Made by a program: the position numbers and the translations under genes. Below, piece after piece: positions 57,303 to 62,095 of a DNA stretch of 62,095 nucleotides; positions within the stretch are counted from its first letter, which is position 1, and the number at the start of each line of letters is the position of its first letter. Below the pieces are notes generated by a model. That model was given only the letters and a program-made list of their open reading frames with translations. It did not search any database and was not told the DNA's origin. The stretch comes from Chloroflexota bacterium (GTDB taxonomy: Bacteria; Chloroflexota; UBA6077; SHYK01): positions 1 to 62,095 of the forward strand of contig WHTR01000003.1 of the NCBI GenBank assembly GCA_009377635.1. The letters are read 5' to 3'.

Positions 57303-57962
57303 TGTCCATGGCCATCAAAAAGTCCTCGCTGATGGCCAACAAAAGTCACCGGTAGTGGCCAAGAAAAGTCCTCACCCCTCGCGAGTTGAATAGGGCCCGG
57401 GCGGGCCTGTGGTCGGCGATGGTGTTGGTTGAGAACCGATGCCAACGCTGGGCACAGAAGGACGCTACGGGTGAAAAGCGCGAGGGAGTACATGGACATC
57501 GTGCATGCATATCAGGAATTGGGGAGCTACCGGGCCGCCGCCGCCGTGTGTGGGACGACGGCCAAGACCGTGAAGCGGGTGCTGGCCCGCCGCGCAGCGG
57601 GCGAAGCTGAGAACCGGCGGGCGATCGTCCCGCGGAACACCGATGGAGTGACGGAGCTGATCGCGGCGCGGGTGCGCGCGAGCGATGGGCGCATCTCCGC
57701 GAAGCGCCTGCTGCCGACGGCCCGAGCCGCGGGCTACACCGGGTCGGAACGGAGCTTCCGCCGGGCGGTGGCGCGGGCCAAAGCGGCGTGGCCGGGGAAA
57801 CGCCGGACGTATCGACCCTGGGTCCCCACCCCTGGGGACTATCTGGTGATCGATTGGGGCACCGAGGCCGGGGTGCAGATCTTCTGCGCCGTGCTCGCCA
57901 CCGAAGCTGCAGCGACCCATGCCTCCCGCCTGACCGTCCGCGAAGCCCTCGCCTACCTCTAA
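57303..57962 (+). mobile_element. istA: IS21-family remnant: left end plus 5' part of istA (CDS from GTG 57471)
   Basis: Left end starts TGT with three GGCCAnnAAAAGTC repeats (57310-57370); HTH SYRAAAAVCGTTAKTVKR, GYTGSERSFRR, PGDYLVIDWG; rest of the DDE core and istB absent. Confidence 0.8.
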
Positions 57963-58067
57963 CGACACCGTGAGATGATATGGCGACGGTGTAGTCTTCC
58001 CGAACCCTTGACAGCCACCTGCGATGGAGAAGAACACCGCCACGGCCGACCGTCCTGCGGAGTACCC

Positions 58068-58187
58068 ATGAAGCACCTGTTCAGGCTGCTGGCCCTGGTG
58101 GTCACGATGGCGATGGTCGCCGCTGCGTGCACCGGCGATCACGCGGCGGTGGCGGCAAGAGCTGGTGGTCGCCCCTCCTGCGGCTGA
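58068..58187 (+). pseudogene. Isolated lipoprotein signal-peptide stub
   Basis: MKHLFRLLALVVTMAMVAAAC, then a stop after 39 aa. Confidence 0.4.
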
Positions 58188-58262
58188 GCAGCCCGGTGGT
58201 CCGGTCGAAAAGGTGATGGCTCATCGGTCCACGCTCCTCGACTCCATGACCGGGCTGCGGGC

Positions 58263-58736
58263 CTACTCGCCCCCATGCACCGGGATGACGACGGCATTCA
58301 CAAACAACGCCGCGTCGGACGCCAAGAAGAGGGCGACATTGGCCACGTCCTCCGGCGTGCCCACGCGGCGCACAGCGATGCGGTCCGCCGCATCCGCGAC
58401 ATCGGGGCGGGTGATGCCCGCGGGGCGGGGCGTGTCGATCGTACCCGGTGCAATGCAATTAACGCGTACCTCTGGACCCCACTGGTGGGCCATGTACACA
58501 GTAAGCGCGTGAAGCGCCGACTTGGCCGCCCCGTAGGCCGAGAACTCCGCGCCCTGTCTGTTCGGGTTGAGGCCCGCAACAGAACCGATGTTGATGATGG
58601 TGCCTTTGCCCTGCGCTCTCATCGGTGGCACGACCGCTCGCGAGCACAGGAACGCACTCTTGACGTTCACCTCGTACGCGCGCATGAAGTCGCCGGAATC
58701 GAGATCCAGGAGCGCACCGCGGCGAAACTGAGGCAT
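58263..58736 (-). pseudogene. SDR oxidoreductase lacking its N-terminal Rossmann segment
   Basis: IINIGSVAG, YGAAK, VRVNCIAPG, VNAVVIPVHGG; no GxxxGxG. Confidence 0.8.
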
Positions 58737-58761
58737 CGTTGATGATCCTCACCTACTGCAG

Positions 58762-59910
58762 CTAATGCAGCCGGAAGAATTCGACCGCATTTCCCGCGAG
58801 CATACGCGCGCGTTCCTCCTCGGGCACGCCAGTGAACATCTCGTCGATGACCGCGTGCGAGTGTGGCCAGTCGCCCGCCGAGTGCGGGAAGTCGTTTCCC
58901 CACATCACCCGACCGACGCCCACGCGGCCGCGCATCTCGACGCCGAACGGGTCGCGGAGGAAGCCCCACCAGCAGTTTTCTAGAAGATACTCGCGCGGGT
59001 CGCGCCGCGGCGGCTCCAGCCCGTAAAAACGCTCCGCCCAGAACCGTGTTCGCCGCCAGTTGTCCTCGAGCTGCGTGAGGAAGTACGGAATCCAGCCGAT
59101 CATCGTCTCGGCCCAGTAGATGTGGAGCCCCGGAAACCGATCGAACACGCCGGCCATGACCATCTGTACCGCGTTGAGTGCGCTCTCGCCGGCGAAGCGA
59201 ACCAGGTTGAACACTGGATCCACGCCAAAGATCTCGACCTCTGGTGGGCGGCGCGCATAGTGGAGAACGGGCCGCTCGTCAACCATGAACTTGACGTGCG
59301 CCGTAAGTGGCATATCGAGCTCGATTGCCGCCGCCCAGAAGCGGTCGTCCTCCGGTGTCGGAACGCCCCTCCCGCTGGGGAACGCGCCGAGCATCACGCC
59401 CTTGAGCCCCGCGCGTTTACAGTATTCGAGCTCCGCGATCGCGTCGTCGACGCCGGTGATCGGAATCACCCCCATCGCGAGGAGCCGATCGGGCGCCGTT
59501 GCGCAGTACTCCTCGGCGAGAAAGCGGTTGTACCCGTGGACAACGGCGGCGAACGTGGTGTCCTCGCGAATGCCGCGCCAGATGCCGACGTTGCCCGGGC
59601 CCGTGAAGAGTACCTCCGCGTCGAGGCCGTCCTGTGCCTGTTCGGCAAGCCGTTGCTCGGGGCTTCCCGTCCCGCGGCCCCCCTCGTAGGTTACCCCCGT
59701 GGGTTTGTACTCCTCGTAGGGGATGCCAGTCACGGCCAATCCAACGACAGCGAGGGGACGGCCTTCAACCAGCACGCCGTCGCCGCCATTGGCGAGCTTG
59801 ACCAACCGAGGCGCCCGATCCCGGAACTTCGGCTCAACGTGCACGCGCCAGCGATCCGGTGAGATCTCGAGGTGTGAATCGGCCGATATGACCGAGTAGG
59901 TGTGCGCCAT
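58762..59910 (-). CDS. Amidohydrolase-2 family protein
   Basis: ISADSHLE, LTAHV, AETMIGW, WGNDFPHS, GNAVEFF. Confidence 0.9.
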   Translation of the reverse strand: MAHTYSVISADSHLEISPDRWRVHVEPKFRDRAPRLVKLANGGDGVLVEGRPLAVVGLAVTGIPYEEYKPTGVTYEGGRGTGSPEQRLAEQAQDGLDAEVLFTGPGNVGIWRGIREDTTFAAVVHGYNRFLAEEYCATAPDRLLAMGVIPITGVDDAIAELEYCKRAGLKGVMLGAFPSGRGVPTPEDDRFWAAAIELDMPLTAHVKFMVDERPVLHYARRPPEVEIFGVDPVFNLVRFAGESALNAVQMVMAGVFDRFPGLHIYWAETMIGWIPYFLTQLEDNWRRTRFWAERFYGLEPPRRDPREYLLENCWWGFLRDPFGVEMRGRVGVGRVMWGNDFPHSAGDWPHSHAVIDEMFTGVPEEERARMLAGNAVEFFRLH

Positions 59911-60254
59911 GGCCACATCCTCCCGTCCGTATGTAATGGTCTCGATCTGCTCAGCCATCGCCCCACGGATGATCGTAGCGTCTGCCTTTTCCATCATAGT
60001 TTGAGCAATGCGACTTTCCGCTGCGCCCTTGGTGGGTGCGGGTCCAATCGCCTCGGGCATCCGCGAGCGTCTGGTCCGGAGCGAGCCGTACTCGCGTCCG
60101 TCGCAGCTCCTGCCCGATCTGTGTGGACTGCCCGCCAGCGGCGACACCGTGAAGTCCATACCGCTTCATATATCGTGCTGCCCAGTCACAATGCAAGCAC
60201 AACGCGAGCACAATCTCAGCACAAGCTGCTGCCGCGGACGGCCCAGCCCGTGAA

Positions 60255-60596
60255 CTCGTACCGCCGAATATCATCTCGGGGATCCTGCGCGACGAGATGG
60301 CGTACGATGGCGTCATGATCTCGGACGACCTGCAGATGGCCGCGATCGCCGACCACTTCAGCCGCGCGGAGGCGGTCGAGCGGGCCATACGCGCCGGCGT
60401 GGACATCATCGCCTTCACGAACAGCACGATCTTCGAGGAGCGCATCGTTCCCCAGACCGTCGACCTCATCGAAGGGTTGGCGCGAGACCGCCAGATTGGC
60501 GAGAACCGGATCGCGCAGTCGTACGAACGAATCGGGCGAATCAGGCGGGGCTGCTCGCCGCAAGGGCCTGATCGCCCGGGATCGACGGTTCGATGA
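60255..60596 (+). pseudogene. Fragment of a GH3 (NagZ-like) glycoside hydrolase
   Basis: ILRDEMAYDGVMISDDLQMAAI...AIRAGVDI; N-terminal barrel absent. Confidence 0.75.
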
Positions 60597-60671
60597 CGGT
60601 ACAATAGCGTCCGAGCAGCGGAACGAATCGATGAATGAACGCTAGTGCTCTGTCAACCAGGCTATGATGGT

Positions 60672-60747
60672 TGTCATCCTGAGCGCCAGCGAAGGATCCG
60701 TGCCTCGTCCGGGTGCGGATTCTTCGGGCTACCGTTCGAGGATAACA
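60672..60747. repeat. Intergenic palindromic element, copy 3
   Basis: TGTCATCCTGAG...AGGATAACA; 40-nt core identical to copy 2. Confidence 0.75.
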
Positions 60748-60760
60748 GGTGGACGGGCCG

Positions 60761-62095
60761 ATGACGGTTGCTGACGCACTCGATCGAGGCCGGGACTCAT
60801 TCCGGCGGCAGCGCTGGGGCGACGCCTACGCTCAGCTCTCCGGTGCAGATCGCGAGACCCCGCTTGACCTTGAGGACCTCGAGCGGCTCAGTCAGGCCGC
60901 TTACCTCATCGGCAAGGACGACGACTGCGTCGACGTCTTGCAGCGCGCGCATCACGCGTGCGTGAGCGATGCGGTGCGCGGCGCCCGATGCGCGTTCTGG
61001 CTCGCCTTCGGGCTGCTGCAAAGAGGTGAGATGGCCCGCGCCGGCGGCTGGCTCGCACGGGCCCAGCAGTTGCTCGACGACGGTCAGCACGACTGCGTGG
61101 AGCGGGGGTACCTGCTCGTGCCCGTCGGCATCCAGAGCCTCGAAGAGGGGGACTTCGCGACCACGTACGCCACCTTCGAGCAGGTCGCCAGCATCGGCGC
61201 TCGCTTTCGGGACCCCGACCTCATGGCGATGGGCCAGCTTGGCCGAGGCGAGGCGCTGATCCGGCTCGGGAACACCGCTGAGGGCGTGGCGCTGCTCGAC
61301 AAGGCCATGGTCGCCGTCACGGCCGGCGAGGTGTCTCCGATCGTCGCCGGCATCGTCTACTGCGCGGTCATCGAAGCATGCCACGACATCTTCGATCTCC
61401 GTCGCGCGCGGGAGTGGACGGAGGCCCTGACCCGCTGGTGCGCCTCGCAGCCGGACCTTGTGCCCTACCGGGGCCAGTGCCTGGTGTTTCGCGCCGAGAT
61501 CATGCAGCTCCACGGCGCCTGGCCGGACGCCATGGACGAAGCGCGGCGGGCGTGCGATCGGCTCACGGGCCACCCGCCAGTTGGCGGCGCGTTCTACGAG
61601 CTGGCCGAGCTGCACCGGCTCCGCGGCGAGTTTGCGAAGGCGGAGGAGGCGTACCGGCAGGGCAGTCGATGGGGACGCGCGCCGGAACCCGGCCTGGCGC
61701 AGCTCCGGCTCGCGCAGGGTCAGGTGGATGCCGCAGCGGCGGCGAGCCGCCGCGCCGTGGACGAGGCCCACGACCGCGTGGCCCGGTGCAAGCTGCTTGC
61801 GGCGCACGTCGAGATCATGCTTGCCGCGGGCGACGTCCAGGCCGCGCGGTTCGCTGCCGACGAGCTATCGTCGATCGCCGACACCGTCGACGCGCCGCTG
61901 CTTCGCGCGATTGCCGCCCGGGCGCAGGGGGCCGTCCTCCTTGCCGAGGGCGACGCCCGAGCCGCGCTCGCCGTACTGCGCCGTGCGTGGACGGCCTGGC
62001 AGGCGCTCGACGTGCCCTACGAGGCCGGTCGAGTACGGGTTCTCATCGGGCTCTGCTGCCGAGGGCTCGGGGACGAGGACGGCGCGGAGATGGAG
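60761..62095 (+). CDS. TPR-like helical protein of the LuxR-family regulator type, runs off the window end
   Basis: Open frame from ATG 60761 (absent from the ORF track because it has no stop): [32 protein letters not shown]; the HTH is expected beyond the window. Confidence 0.8.
   Translation, partial: MTVADALDRGRDSFRRQRWGDAYAQLSGADRETPLDLEDLERLSQAAYLIGKDDDCVDVLQRAHHACVSDAVRGARCAFWLAFGLLQRGEMARAGGWLARAQQLLDDGQHDCVERGYLLVPVGIQSLEEGDFATTYATFEQVASIGARFRDPDLMAMGQLGRGEALIRLGNTAEGVALLDKAMVAVTAGEVSPIVAGIVYCAVIEACHDIFDLRRAREWTEALTRWCASQPDLVPYRGQCLVFRAEIMQLHGAWPDAMDEARRACDRLTGHPPVGGAFYELAELHRLRGEFAKAEEAYRQGSRWGRAPEPGLAQLRLAQGQVDAAAAASRRAVDEAHDRVARCKLLAAHVEIMLAAGDVQAARFAADELSSIADTVDAPLLRAIAARAQGAVLLAEGDARAALAVLRRAWTAWQALDVPYEAGRVRVLIGLCCRGLGDEDGAEME

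Noticed and set aside
1-62095. CRISPR array or cas genes
   Set aside because: No regularly spaced repeats; the palindromic elements are dispersed single copies

Overview
High-GC window with no rRNA, intact tRNA or CRISPR array. The lipoprotein and solute-binding-protein style suggests a Chloroflexota-like soil or sediment bacterium (inference only). It reads as a catabolic island in three parts. (1) Bases 0.4-30 kb: aromatic/heterocycle catabolic enzymes, including two DesZ/LigB-type ring-cleavage dioxygenases, a Mo-hydroxylase large subunit, a ComDE-like ThDP decarboxylase, a phthalate-type Rieske oxygenase with a Pht5-like decarboxylase, OCD/mu-crystallin reductases, amidohydrolases, a GMC oxidoreductase and an epoxide hydrolase. 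These are mixed with many gene stubs that look like internal-deletion scars. (2) Bases 31.6-49.2 kb, the best candidate for an undescribed system: 14 VOC (glyoxalase-fold) genes. Three copies of a triad [VOC-Rieske 2Fe-2S fusion + single VOC + tandem VOC] are present, plus a variant array with three more VOC-Rieske fusions. They are accompanied by two NMT1/SsuA-fold proteins without signal peptides, family-5 binding lipoproteins without permeases, and a divergent homogentisate-dioxygenase-like cupin. (3) Bases 49.3-62 kb: stress/efflux genes, a tRNA-like att remnant, an IS21 remnant and a partial LuxR-type regulator. All family calls come from motif recognition by eye; no database search was run.
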